Shown here in pieces: positions 26,887 to 40,099 of a DNA stretch of 64,000 bases. Under the pieces are notes generated by a model. The model saw only the letters and a list, made by a program, of their open reading frames with translations, was not told the DNA's origin and made no database searches. The DNA comes from Octopus vulgaris. Its lineage: Eukaryota. The DNA lies in contig OX597820.1 in NCBI GenBank assembly GCA_951406725.2, positions 118,730,001 through 118,794,000 of the forward strand, read 5' to 3'. The position numbers and the translations under genes are program-made. Every line of letters starts with the position of its first letter. Within the stretch, counting starts at the first letter, position 1.

Positions 26887-27061
26887 GACAGAGAGAGAGA
26901 GAGTAGGTAGATACGATCAAATATGCTTTAGACTAACTCTGTAATATTATGAAATATACGGATATATATGTGTAAGGGCGTATGGGCGTGTACATCTATA
27001 TCATGTATATACATAATATATACATATATTTACATATAAAAACACGTGTGCGCACACACAT

Positions 27062-27096
<35 letters not shown>

Positions 27097-27552
27097 CGCA
27101 CACACTTTTCAGGCGTGATTTAATACTACGCCGATGCACACGTTAATATACACGCTCATATATACAAACACAGATTCTATCTTATGAAATATTTACGTGC
27201 ACACGTATTTATATAGAATAGAATCGGTGCCATATTTTCAATTAACTAAAAGGGTTAGATAAGCCGATTTAGTTGGGAAAAATAACTACAGATCCGCTCA
27301 ACAATGGCAGAAGCATCGTGTGCGGAACAAGAGAGATGCTAGTCTATATCTGAATTGGAATTCGCTGCAAGACGAGTGCGTTACAATACATAGATAAATG
27401 CATACATGTATTCACATATATACAGATACATATATATGCATATACGTACACACACATACACACACACATGTATATATGAATTTATATGTATGTGTGTGTA
27501 TGTATTTATATATATGTATCTATATCTATCTATCTGTCTATCTATCTGCCTG

Positions 27553-27625
<73 letters not shown>

Positions 27626-27774
27626 ATATATATATATATATATACACATACACATACATATATATAAGTGTATGTACGTATATATATTATATATATACAT
27701 ATATATGTCAATATATATATGTATGTATATATATGTATATATATGTATATATATATGAGTGTATATCTATGTGC

Positions 27775-27856
<82 letters not shown>

Positions 27857-27858
27857 CA

Positions 27859-27894
<36 letters not shown>

Positions 27895-28141
27895 TATATC
27901 TTGCGTCCCTTTCCCTTAAAAGTACAACTTCGGTGCTGAGATGATCGGAGATCAATGTAATAACCAATAATATGTAATAATTAAGCTGCTCCTCGTGACT
28001 GCTTCATGTACTTTAGGGTAGCTTCCGAACATGGCAACTGCCCAAGAACCGGAAACAACAGACGTAAGAAGAGAATAAAAAATTATATATATATACATAC
28101 ATACTTGTATATGTATGTGTGCATGTATGTATGTATGTAGG

Positions 28142-28203
<62 letters not shown>

Positions 28204-29473
28204 TATATACACAGAGAGAGGCATACACACGCGCGGGCGAACACACACATATAAATATCATTTAGTGAATCGATTTGCGATCACGTGGTTTCATATTCAG
28301 TCTCGCTGCGCGGCAATTGTCTTCTATTATATAATCCCGAGCCGAATAGTGGAAGCCACTCGTATCTCTGTCTGTCTGTCTGTCTGTCTCTCTATCGGTC
28401 TGTCTGTCTGTCTGTCTATCTCTGTCTGTTTCTGTCTGTCTCTCTCTGTCTCTCTCTATCTCTATCTCTATCTATCTAAATGCGTGTTTTTGTATTTGTC
28501 CCGCCGCCACCGCTTGAAAACTGTTGTCCGTTTGTTTACAGTCACCTAACTTACGAGCCTGCACAAAATAAACCGATATCTTTATTACCGGACGTTATAA
28601 AAAACGAAATACTAGGTTTGATTTCCTTCATTAACCCTTCAAGATACTGCTCTAAAATGGTTGCCACCCAAATACATGAAACCCAGTGAAAATAACTTTT
28701 CTCTTGATTTTATATTCGAATTCTAACTTCACTGCTGCCACTTTTTTTCTTTTCTATAGACGATCGGAAAGACTTTGGCTATAGAGGCACGTGACCTTGG
28801 TTAGATCTTCTAAGGATGGTCAATCTCATTTCCTTGACCTCTTTCTCATTGACCTCACTAAAGGGAGGTGGGTAACGTTTGTTTCTTAAATCCGCTGCTT
28901 GTCTCAATGGCGTTGATACTCATCACCTGATTTCCTTTACCTGTCGTATTTCACCTTTAATTTTTAATATTTTCTCCTCAATCATTATCATTCTCTCGTT
29001 CCTCGCCGATGCAGTTTTGCATCATAATGATGCTGGAAAATTGGATTTCCTAAGCTGCCTACATAATGTGGTCATCGCTGTTTTCATTTTTCGCTTATTG
29101 CCTTGTTGTGTTTCTTCCGCCAGTTACTCCATGTAAAAGGCTTCTTGCTACATGCGCGGCAAGTGGATCTTTTGTCCTCTACCAAGTGTTTCATATCGTC
29201 AACAGAGCGTAGCTGAAATATTGCCATGTACCCTTCGGGGGATGGAGTAGTTATTAGGTCGTATTAATCCACATTGACATCTCTGAGTCTTTTTTACCTC
29301 TGGTGAGCTCTCATTAAACATTCCTGTTTACTGCGATGCAAATGTGACCTCTATCCACTGATCGATATACATTCCACCAGATTTGTTATTAGTTTTGTAT
29401 TTTTCTGCCCCGTATACAGGAATACTGTTTTATAGTCGGAACTATATGTAAGTAGAGGTATAATCTCTAAAAT

Positions 29474-29711
29474 AAATACCTTTTTCTTTACTACCCACAA
29501 GGGGCTAAACACAGAGAGGACAAACAAGGACAGACAAACGAATTAAGTCGATTATATCGACCCCAGTGCGTAACTGGTACTTATTTAATCGACCCCAAAA
29601 GGACGAAAGGCAAAGTCAACCTCGGCGAAATTTGAACTCAGAACGTAGCGGCAGACGAAATACCGCTAAGCATTTCGCCCGGAGTGCTAACGTTTCTGCC
29701 AGCTCGCCGCC
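29474..29711 (-). mobile_element. SINE family B, full length (head + one unit)
   Basis: Reverse complement GGCGGCGAGCTGGCAGAAACG...TAAAGAAAAAGGTATTT. Confidence 0.9.
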
Positions 29712-29917
29712 TTGTGAATAATGAAAAATTATTCCGACAAATATATAAGTAATTTCAAGTCTAAATATATACACAGCAAATAAATACATCGCAAGAATGA
29801 CATATTTAGACAAAATACAGAAAATAGAGCTCAAATACTAGGGACTATACAGATTTTATCTACTGTACTTTGCATTCCATGAAAAATACAAACATTTGAT
29901 AGTAAATAAAGTCTCCA

Positions 29918-30470
29918 GACAACGTAAAGTATACTAGCCATCTCAATATGGCTAACCACTAAGGGTGAGTGTTACTGAAGCTTTTAGCCCCAGGAGATCA
30001 TCGTCTCCAGCTGGCTTTAGACACACTTTCTGTGCCCTTATGATATTCGCAAAGGGAGGTCATCCCCTCTCGTAAACCTAAGTGATACGCACGGACTATA
30101 GTTTCGAGGTTTTTGCCTCTCGTCAACGTACGGTAATCACCGGTTTTCGATAAGGAGAGACCTGTTTGCGAATATCTATTTAATTTTTTTCCCAGCAACC
30201 ACTGTCAATGATTTCGAAAAACAGTCTGAAAGCAATAATAAATCTCTGAACGAGATGTAAACAGCAACCGCTCGACAACGTACAGGGATGGCCTCCCTTT
30301 GCGAATATCATAAGAGCACAGAAAGTGTGTCTAAAGCCAGCTGGAGACGATGATCTCCTGGGGCTAAAAGCTTCAGTAACACCCACCCTTAGTGGTTGGC
30401 CATATTGAGATGGCTAGTATACTTTACGTTGTCGAGCGGTTGCTGTTTACATCTCGTTCAGATATTTATT
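29918..30470 (-). mobile_element. Non-autonomous HHR element, 356-bp unit with inverted arm and target-site duplication
   Basis: TAAAGTCTCCAGA at 29907-29919 and 30470-30482; GACAACGTA recurs at 29918 and 30274; 30285-30470 is the reverse complement of 30237-30273 joined to 29918-30066. Confidence 0.85.
30082..30140 (-). ncRNA. Type I hammerhead ribozyme (U3-G8 variant)
   Basis: GUGAU..CGUACG-UUGACGA-GAGG(CAAAAA)CCUC-GAAA-CUAUAG-UC-CGUGCG.AUCAC; palindromic stem III, GUC site. Confidence 0.75.
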
Positions 30471-31150
30471 AAAGTCTCCAGAGTTTTACTTTATTGTAGA
30501 AGGGCTGTAGACACAAAACAGATATACTTTAGTTTTAATTAACTAGCTAGTGTTTGATTTATTTAATATTATGCATACTACTCGGCAGTATTTTATGTTT
30601 TTAAAGCTATATATACTGAGTACATCCGGTTTAATACCAATTGCCAAAGTCGTATCATGGTGAGTAAGTAAATAATTGAAATAAGCAACGTTTATCGGTA
30701 AATCGTTACTTTCAACAATACGCGAAAAAGGTAAAGTTAAGAATATGAAAGTCAGGTGAAAGTAATGCAAAAAATATGAAGTAGCAGAACAGTAAAATTT
30801 GAAGAACATTACATAATTGAAATTTATACAATCACCGATTAGAAATGAATAGAAAAGTATGACAGCGCAAATAGTCAAAAGAACAAGAACGTGAAGAATA
30901 GTCAAAACAGCGAAATCGTGAAAAGTAGGCGGGAAAGAATGCAATGATAACTAGGATGTAATGATCAACAAGAAGGATAGCGGGAGCAGAAATGTGAAGG
31001 ACATCATGAATAATATATGGAGGACGACATTGGAAGATTGTTGGAAATAAATTGCTAAATGATGGAATTTGAAAAGGTGAAGAACAAGATGAGCGACGAG
31101 AAATAGAGGGAGGTAAAGAAGGAGGAGGAAGAGAAGGAAAATGAAAAGAT

Positions 31151-31170
31151 AGTAGTAGTTGTAGTTGTAT

Positions 31171-31227
<57 letters not shown>

Positions 31228-31280
31228 CGGTGGTAGTAGTAGTAGTAGTAGTGGTGGTGGTGGTGGTGGTGGTGGTGGTG

Positions 31281-31322
<42 letters not shown>

Positions 31323-31337
31323 ATAGTAGTAGCGGCG

Positions 31338-31374
<37 letters not shown>

Positions 31375-31400
31375 AAGTAGTAGTAGCGTTGGTAGTAGTG

Positions 31401-31441
<41 letters not shown>
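31151..31441. repeat. (AGT)n/(GGT)n microsatellite
   Basis: Direct reading. Confidence 0.95.
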
Positions 31442-31442
<1 letters not shown>

Positions 31443-32417
31443 AGGTAGGAAATGGATGGATATAATAAGAATTGGTTTGAGTAAGGGAAGTGTTTCATTT
31501 CGGACTGGGCAGAACATTTTACAATAATGCCATCCATTCTCATTAATATTATGTAATGTGGCCACACTTTTCTTTGATAAGTAACTTTCGACAAACCTGA
31601 TCTCATTTATAACTCTAGCAAAATTCAATAAGTATATTCGAAAAAGAAAAAATCAGAAACTTAGACCAGGAAGCAATATTGTTTGTAGCAACCAATAAGC
31701 TGTTGGATTTAAAAGAGTAAAATTCTTGAAATGCTGAAATGAGATTGAAAAGATGACAAAACCATCTATGAAATAAATTTCAAAATGGCCAACGCTTAAA
31801 TATTTTCATTGTCGTTCCTGCTCATTTTTCATTTCTAGCAACATGTTGCCGTTGTCTCCTTTTAAAACAGGAGATCAAAAGACAGGCATATTCTTATTTA
31901 TGTATCTACATAAACGAATACATGCATACGTACATGCACACACACACACACACACAACACACACACACACAACACACACAACACACACGCACGCGCACAT
32001 ACAATCGTATATAATTATGTACATATACCAATTTTCTCAAACTCAAGTTTCTGGATTGAAGGCAACCAATTTTGAGAGGAGGGGGTACGTCGATTACAAT
32101 GACTATAATACGTCCACAACTTTTCATGAACCGCTAAGTCACATCGGGTGTTAGCAAACCAATAAAGGCCGTCAAGCGGTGGTGAGGAAGAAACACGCCA
32201 CGAACACAAAGACACACATATAAATAGATACACACGTATATGTTCCACGGGCTCCTTCTTGCTTCGTCCACCAAACCTCCTCAAAACACATTTGTCGGCA
32301 CGGGGCTGTATTAGTAAATACTTACCCAAGGTACCACGGAGTGCAATTGAACCCATAACGACATGGTTGGTAAGATAACATCTCAAACACAGACATCCCA
32401 GTGTCTATAAAATTGCT

Positions 32418-32488
32418 TTCCAGGCGGGGAATCGAACCCCCGACGGCTACGGTAAGAATGCGGAATCCTAACCAAAAGACTCTCTCGA
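32418..32488 (-). pseudogene. Degenerate tRNA-Glu-like pseudogene or SINE head
   Basis: Minus strand ..GGTTAGGATTCCGCATTCTTACCG...GGGTTCGATTCCCCGCCTGGAA resembles tRNA-Glu D and T arms; acceptor and anticodon arms are broken. Confidence 0.5.
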
Positions 32489-32504
32489 CAATGACTATGT
32501 CTGT

Positions 32505-32734
32505 ATACCTATTTCTTTATTACCCACAAGGGGCTAAACATAGAGGGGACAAACAAGGACAGACATAGGCATTAAGTCGATTACATCGACCCCAGTGCGT
32601 AACTGGTACTTTAATTTATCGACCCCGAAAGGATGAAAGGCAAAGTCGACCTCGGCGGAATTTGAACTCAGAACGTAACGGCAGACGCAATACCGCAAAG
32701 CATTTCGCCCGGCGTGCTAACGTTTCTGCCAGCT
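32505..32734 (-). mobile_element. SINE family B
   Basis: Near-identical to 29474-29711; ends AAAGAAATAGGTAT. Confidence 0.9.
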
Positions 32735-33708
32735 ACGTATGTATACCTGTATGCGTGTTTAGACACACAAACACACGTATGTATGTATATGTGTATCTAA
32801 ATACGTATGTATGTATGTAAGTAGGTGTATATGTAGTTAAGTATGTAGGTGTGCATGCATGTATATGTCTTGTGTGTGCGTCTGTTTGCTGCTGTTTCTA
32901 GTATGCGATATTATTTTTATCCCATTCTTGCTCTCAACGTCGGCTCTAATTTGATTCTTCATTTGATACCTCTATTAGACTTGAGACCTGCTATTCTCCC
33001 ATCTTTTTTACTGTATCTTTCTACTTTCTGTTTTATTTTCTCTCCTCTTATAGAGTTTTAAATATATATTAGTTTATTCTTTTCGTTCGTTGATGTTAAC
33101 TATTGAAAGACTGGCACAGCTATTTATTCTGTGAGATAGGAAATTGCTGATTGGCAGAAAATCTTTCGTTATTTGACGGAAAGTGAAACCTATCTTGAGA
33201 ATCATGCATCTACTTATATTATTTTATAGACTTTATTTTACTTGTTTCGCTTTCGTTTCTTTTATTTTGCTGCTTGTTTTGCGTTCTTCATGTTTTTGTT
33301 GTTCCAACGCGTTCGTTTTTCTTCAAATATTTCTGTATGTATTTATCATAGCAATGGCATGCATTAATAATCACAGGGTTAATATAAACGTACGCAAGTG
33401 TGTCCATGTATGCATGTGTATTTATATGCTTGTATGTGTGTGTATGTGTGTGTGTGTGTGTGTATTTTTGTGTGTAGTCGACCTCGTTTTGAACCTATTC
33501 ACGCTATTTAACTATCCATCATCATCTGCAATTCGGGTTTGTTTTTACATCGTTTAACGTCTGTGTATATCTTATACATTATTTGAACCGCACAAACGCA
33601 GCCAACCTCACGCAGAGATACACAAAGGACAAAAATACAAAAAATAAAATAATAAAATAAAATAAAATATACACGCACTACAACCATTATTTGTATATAA
33701 GTATATGC

Positions 33709-33741
<33 letters not shown>

Positions 33742-33829
33742 CATATATATATATAGCTCTCTCTATATATGTAGGTATATACAGGTGTATATATATATGT
33801 GTACATACATGTATATACATATATAGGTA

Positions 33830-33860
<31 letters not shown>

Positions 33861-33934
33861 TATGTATATATATGAATATGTATATATATATGCTTATATA
33901 TAATATAAATACATACATACATACATACATACAC

Positions 33935-33970
<36 letters not shown>

Positions 33971-34308
33971 ACATATATATATGTATGTATGTATGAATAT
34001 GTATATACCCATAGTGATTACCGTGTGGAAGGCACACATTAGCCAAATAAAAACACGAAGACTGCTAACTTCACTTGAACATATATATGATCTGGTGTTA
34101 AAAGTTTCGCCTCGCTAACAATGACCTGGAAACTGTTAAAAGAAAGATAGTTGGTGGTGTAAGTGATCCGCTCGCAATGTAGTGTGCCGAAAATTTAGAT
34201 GAGAAACAGTAAAGGCTGCAGGGAAGCCATCAGTCATCGTATACTTTGGAATGGTTTATTAGGCTCTTCAACGCTGCATCATTTTAACTTCAATGAACTG
34301 TGTCATAT

Positions 34309-34846
<538 letters not shown>

Positions 34847-34849
34847 TAT

Positions 34850-35053
34850 ATAGGAAGAGTTTACGAAAAAACAAAAGACGAAGACAGGTGGTGTACAAAA
34901 CAAACAGATGTATTAGAATAACGCTCAGGAATAGAAAAAGTTTTTTACATTTCGAGCCTACGCTCTTCTACAGAAAGGAACACAGAAAAAAAACAAGGAG
35001 ACACAAGGAGAGAAAAAAAATGTGTGTAGTAGCTAACGATCTATTATGGCGAC
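34850..35053 (-). mobile_element. Third copy of the A6U-HHR repeat (motif 34943-34976)
   Basis: Minus strand UUU-CUGUAGA-A-GAGCGUAGGCUC-GAAA-UG-UA-AAA; flanks match 14530-14725. Confidence 0.7.
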
Positions 35054-35433
35054 TATATATATATATATATATTTGTGTGTGTGTGTGTATAAAATGGGAT
35101 GCAGTAAAGTGCGAAAAGCAAGCCATCTCGGGTTTAGTAGCGTGTTCCAAAGTGTACCCCAGTCAGTGCCCACTGCAGTACGACACAAGACACTCAGGAT
35201 AGCCTGGAGTGCAGGATATGAACCAAAATTATAGGAAAAATAATAAGTGGACAAATGGTATGGTATTTATTGCGCCTCACTGTCGGGCAACGTGAGACGG
35301 AGTGTTTTCTATAAGAACACAACGCACCACCCGGTCTAGAAATTGAAACCTCAATCTCGCGATAGTAAGTTCAACACGCTAACCATTAGGCCATGCGTTC
35401 TCAAAGTATATGTATAAACACACAAACACATAT

Positions 35434-35975
<542 letters not shown>

Positions 35976-36108
35976 AAAATAGTAAAGTGTGAAAAAACGA
36001 CAGAATGCTTAAATGTTAAAAAATATATATATTTGTGTCAAAATGTCTGGACAATATTGGAAAAATTTTTTTCCCTTTCCTTAAAATGACATAATTTTAA
36101 AATTTTTA

Positions 36109-36148
36109 AAGAAATTACCGGTTTCGCGTGTAGCTTTTCAAATTTCTT
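36109..36148 (-). ncRNA. Type I hammerhead ribozyme, U3-A8 core variant, in the PLE 3' terminal repeat
   Basis: AAGAAAU-UUGAAAA-GC(UACAC)GC-GAAA-CCGG-UA-AUUUCUU: 7-bp stem I, covarying U3-A8 pair, palindromic stem III ACCGGU, GUA site. Confidence 0.8.
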
Positions 36149-36204
36149 GTGACGTTATGTTTATATTGCATGGAATTATCGTTGTTTTTATTTCCAGGAG
36201 ATTT

Positions 36205-38709
36205 CTAAATAAGGGGAGGTAGTGAGTGATTTTTTCCGGTGTAGGGGAGATAATCGCTTAAAAATTTTTTTTCCCTTTTCCTTGTTAATTTCTCTGTCAG
36301 TATGTTCGGATGGTTGAGTCTGGGTTTGTACTTTTCAATGAAGAATGTTTCCTTGTTCAGTCTCATTTGTGTTGATGATCCGAAAGCACATTGGTAAAAT
36401 GGGAAGATTAAAAATTGTGGCAGTAGTTGCTTTGCGCATTTCTCAATGTGCTCACTAAAAGGTATCATTCTATATTCTGGGAATGCAATCTGTTGTCGAT
36501 GCAGTGTGCATCTGCGCCTGAGTGATAGTCCCGTGGAACCCACGTAGTCTTGGTGGCAGCCCGAGCATTTAATAACATAAATTATGTTTTCAGAGGCACA
36601 AGTAAAGTTAGATTTGATCTTAAATTTCTGTCCCTCTTTAAAGAAGAATTCTGATCCTTCCAATAGGTTAGGACATGTTGCACAGTTCGATCTACCACAT
36701 TTTTTTACTTTTGCATCCGTAATTTTAGAAGACAATTTTGCCTTTGTGAGAATCTTTTTAAGTGATTTAGGCTGTTTGTAGCTTTTAATGATTTGGTGTA
36801 TGTTTAGAATTTCCTTTAATTTTGGGTTTTTATGAAGTATTGGTAAATTCTGGGTGATGATGGTGAAGGCTTCTTTGTTTCTGGGGTTGTATGTAGATAT
36901 GTAAGGTAGTATTTTCGGGGAAGGTGTGTTGTTGTGTTGAACTTTTCTTAAAGTTTCTATGTTGATTTCTGTTGCACGTCTGATCCCATCCTCTATGAGT
37001 TGAGCTGGGTAATGTCTGTCAATTAGGGTGTTTTTGAGTTCTTGCAGTCTAAAGTTCCTGGTATTTTGTTCTGACACTATTGTGCATATCCTTCTTGCAA
37101 GGTTGAAGGGGATGTTTGTTTTAGTGTGTCTTGGGTGGCATGAATTAAAAAGAAGGTATTGTTTGGCGTCTGTAGCTTTGTAAAAAATGTCTGTTTCTAT
37201 TTTAAGTTTAATTTTTTTAATTAGTATATCCAAGAACGGGAGCTCCTTTTGGTTGTATTCCATTGTGAACTGTATATTTGGGTTTATGCTGTTCAATAGG
37301 TTTTTAAATTTTAGGAGTTTATCTATGTTTTCATTCCAGAGAATGAAACAATCGTCTAGGAATCGTTTCCAATTCTCTTTTATGTATTGAGAGAGGGAGT
37401 TTCCAAAGATTGATAGAGATTCCTGGTAAATGATTATTTCCATGTATCCCATTGTTAAGTTCGTAATGACTGGTGCTGCCCTTGTACCCATAGCAATTCC
37501 GGATTTTTGACGGTAAAATGTATTGTCAAACATGAAGTGGTTATTGTGTAGGATGGATTCAATTGATTTAGTAATGAATTCCTTACTGATCCTTTTTGGT
37601 ATTTCTTCCGGAAATTGGTCTAACCAGAATTGTATTGCCTCCAGTCCATAATTATGAGGTATACTGGTATACAAGTTGACTACATCAAATGAAACCAGGA
37701 TTGTTTCTTCCTTGGTTTTTTTTGGAAGGTGGTTTAACATATCTAAGTCATCTCTGATATGGCTATCGATATGTTTAAGGAAGGGTTTCAAGAGGATGTC
37801 CATAAGTAGACTTAGTCTGTGTGTTTCACAGGTTGGGCCAGCTACAATGGGTCGTAGTTTTAGGTCCCCCGGATTAGGTGTGTGTATGTATGTCTTTGGT
37901 GATTTTTTAATGGTTTCATTTATAATTTGACTTTTATGAATTTTTGGCAGACCATAGAAAAGGCTAGGTTTGCATTTAAAGTTTGTTAGGAAATCAATCT
38001 CTTTGGTTGTCAGTTCCTTTTCATGGGTTTCAATTAGTGAAGATAGAGTTTTCATTATTTTTTGTGGGGTGTAGTTGGTAATTTTTTCATAATGTAGGTC
38101 TTCATCAAGCAAGGAAATTACAAGATTTCTGTAGTATGATGTATCCATTATTACAACTGCATTTCCCTTGTCCGCTTCCTTAATGGTTATATCTTCATCA
38201 TTTTGGAGTTCTATCAGTTCTTTCCATTGTGTAGTGTTAAAATTTGGGTTAGCTTTCTGTTTATGTATAGTATGGTAGGGGAAGTTCTCAATGTGGTTAC
38301 AGAATTCGTCAAGATCTTTATTTCTTCCTCTGTGTGGGATGTGTTCACTTTTGTTCTTGACTAGTGATTCATCTTCAGTATTGAAACTGTTTGATGCTTC
38401 TGCTAGTCTTAATTTTCTGCAAAATTCTGTTATATTATCCTTGAGTTCATTTAGGTTTGCTCTGCGTGGAGTTGGTGTAAATTTGAGCCCTTTTGCGAGG
38501 ATGTCAATTTTTATGTTAGAAAGAGGTTTGGTTGAAAGATTGATTATCTTCGGTTTTTCCTTATTACTAGGTTCCAGCCTGTGTCCTGGTGTCCCTGGTC
38601 CCTGGCTAAAAAATGTTGGGTGTAATTTTGTTTGTATGAGTTGTCTGTGAGGTTGTGTGGTGTCAGAACAAAATACCAGGAACTTTAGACTGCAAGAACT
38701 CAAAAACAC
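36205..38709 (-). CDS. PLE polyprotein: reverse transcriptase + GIY-YIG endonuclease (5'-truncated; the first ~17 codons come from the inverted arm, so the track start is artefactual)
   Basis: PLE motifs INLS..KGLKFTPT, ADKGNAVVIMD, FYGLPKIHK, LRPIV, SFDVVNLYTSIP, QKSGIAMGT, RFLDD, LPFLDI. Cys linker CGRSNCATC. GIY-YIG IIYVIKCSGC..YVG..R..H..H..E..N. No internal stops. Confidence 0.95.
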   Translation of the reverse strand: MFLSSCSLKFLVFCSDTTQPHRQLIQTKLHPTFFSQGPGTPGHRLEPSNKEKPKIINLSTKPLSNIKIDILAKGLKFTPTPRRANLNELKDNITEFCRKLRLAEASNSFNTEDESLVKNKSEHIPHRGRNKDLDEFCNHIENFPYHTIHKQKANPNFNTTQWKELIELQNDEDITIKEADKGNAVVIMDTSYYRNLVISLLDEDLHYEKITNYTPQKIMKTLSSLIETHEKELTTKEIDFLTNFKCKPSLFYGLPKIHKSQIINETIKKSPKTYIHTPNPGDLKLRPIVAGPTCETHRLSLLMDILLKPFLKHIDSHIRDDLDMLNHLPKKTKEETILVSFDVVNLYTSIPHNYGLEAIQFWLDQFPEEIPKRISKEFITKSIESILHNNHFMFDNTFYRQKSGIAMGTRAAPVITNLTMGYMEIIIYQESLSIFGNSLSQYIKENWKRFLDDCFILWNENIDKLLKFKNLLNSINPNIQFTMEYNQKELPFLDILIKKIKLKIETDIFYKATDAKQYLLFNSCHPRHTKTNIPFNLARRICTIVSEQNTRNFRLQELKNTLIDRHYPAQLIEDGIRRATEINIETLRKVQHNNTPSPKILPYISTYNPRNKEAFTIITQNLPILHKNPKLKEILNIHQIIKSYKQPKSLKKILTKAKLSSKITDAKVKKCGRSNCATCPNLLEGSEFFFKEGQKFKIKSNFTCASENIIYVIKCSGCHQDYVGSTGLSLRRRCTLHRQQIAFPEYRMIPFSEHIEKCAKQLLPQFLIFPFYQCAFGSSTQMRLNKETFFIEKYKPRLNHPNILTEKLTRKREKKFLSDYLPYTGKNHSLPPLI

Positions 38710-39454
38710 CCTAATTGACAGACATTACCCAGCTCAACTCATAGAGGATGGGATCAGACGTGCAACAGAAATCAACATAGAAACTTTAAGAAAAGTTCAA
38801 CACAACAACACACCTTCCCCGAAAATACTACCTTACATATCTACATACAACCCCAGAAACAAAGAAGCCTTCACCATCATCACCCAGAATTTACCAATAC
38901 TTCATAAAAACCCAAAATTAAAGGAAATTCTAAACATACACCAAATCATTAAAAGCTACAAACAGCCTAAATCACTTAAAAAGATTCTCACAAAGGCAAA
39001 ATTGTCTTCTAAAATTACGGATGCAAAAGTAAAAAAATGTGGTAGATCGAACTGTGCAACATGTCCTAACCTATTGGAAGGATCAGAATTCTTCTTTAAA
39101 GAGGGACAGAAATTTAAGATCAAATCTAACTTTACTTGTGCCTCTGAAAACATAATTTATGTTATTAAATGCTCGGGCTGCCACCAAGACTACGTGGGTT
39201 CCACGGGACTATCACTCAGGCGCAGATGCACACTGCATCGACAACAGATTGCATTCCCAGAATATAGAATGATACCTTTTAGTGAGCACATTGAGAAATG
39301 CGCAAAGCAACTACTGCCACAATTTTTAATCTTCCCATTTTACCAATGTGCTTTCGGATCATCAACACAAATGAGACTGAACAAGGAAACATTCTTCATT
39401 GAAAAGTACAAACCCAGACTCAACCATCCGAACATACTGACACAGAGAAATTAA
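38657..39454 (+). pseudogene. Duplicated C-terminal part of the PLE ORF (RT thumb + GIY-YIG endonuclease) in the inverted arm
   Basis: Translation identical to the C-terminal ~260 aa of the minus-strand ORF (VSEQNTRNF...HPNILT). It begins at the inversion junction with no ATG. Confidence 0.9.
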
Positions 39455-39588
39455 CAAGGAAAAGGAAAAAAAAATTTTAAGCGATTATCTCCCCTACACC
39501 GGAAAAAATCACTCACTACCTCCCTTATTTAGAAATCTCCTGGAAATAAAAACAACGATAATTCCATGCAATATAAACATAACGTCAC

Positions 39589-39628
39589 AAGAAATTTGAA
39601 AAGCTACACGCGAAACCGGTAATTTCTT
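39589..39628 (+). ncRNA. Type I hammerhead ribozyme, U3-A8 variant (copy in the inverted arm)
   Basis: aagaaat ttgaaaa gc tacac gc gaaa ccgg ta atttctt, identical to the minus-strand copy. Confidence 0.8.
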
Positions 39629-39804
39629 TAAAAATTTTAAAATTATGTCATTTTAAGGAAAGGGAAAAAAAATTTTTCCAATATTGTCCAGACATTTTGA
39701 CACAAATATATATATTTTTTAACATTTAAGCCTTCTGTCGTTTTTTCACACTTTACTATTTTCTTATATATTCACCCACGTGCTTTACCAAACAAACTTT
39801 CTTA

Positions 39805-39852
<48 letters not shown>

Positions 39853-40056
39853 CCTGCTCGCTTAGCCAGCGGGGTGGCGTCATTCGAAGGCTAAAACAAT
39901 GCGAACACATTGTGACCAGCGATGTGTAACAACATTTGATGATCTGGTCGGTCACGTGATCACGTGATATATATATATATATATATAGTAGAAAAATGTA
40001 GCAAAGCCAACAACAGTGTGCAACAGCATTGCCGCAGCCTTGGAGATGGAATACAA

Positions 40057-40099
<43 letters not shown>

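Larger units (their letters stand above)
35969..39806 (-). mobile_element. Penelope-like retrotransposon (PLE, Neptune-type), 5'-truncated, with inverted terminal arm
   Basis: Minus-strand RT+GIY-YIG ORF. Segment ~35969-37077 is repeated almost identically in inverted orientation at 38660-39770, plus ~37 extra nt to 39806. Both ends abut (TA)n. An HHR lies in the terminal repeat. Confidence 0.95.

Noticed and set aside
38291-38650. Plus-strand ORFs overlapping the PLE (also 36584, 37187, 37676 and minus 38956)
   Set aside because: Antisense shadows of the RT/EN frame.
38660-38709. Start codon and N-terminus MFLSSCSLKFLVFCSDT of the 834-aa ORF
   Set aside because: This is antisense reading of the inverted arm, not the genuine PLE N-terminus.
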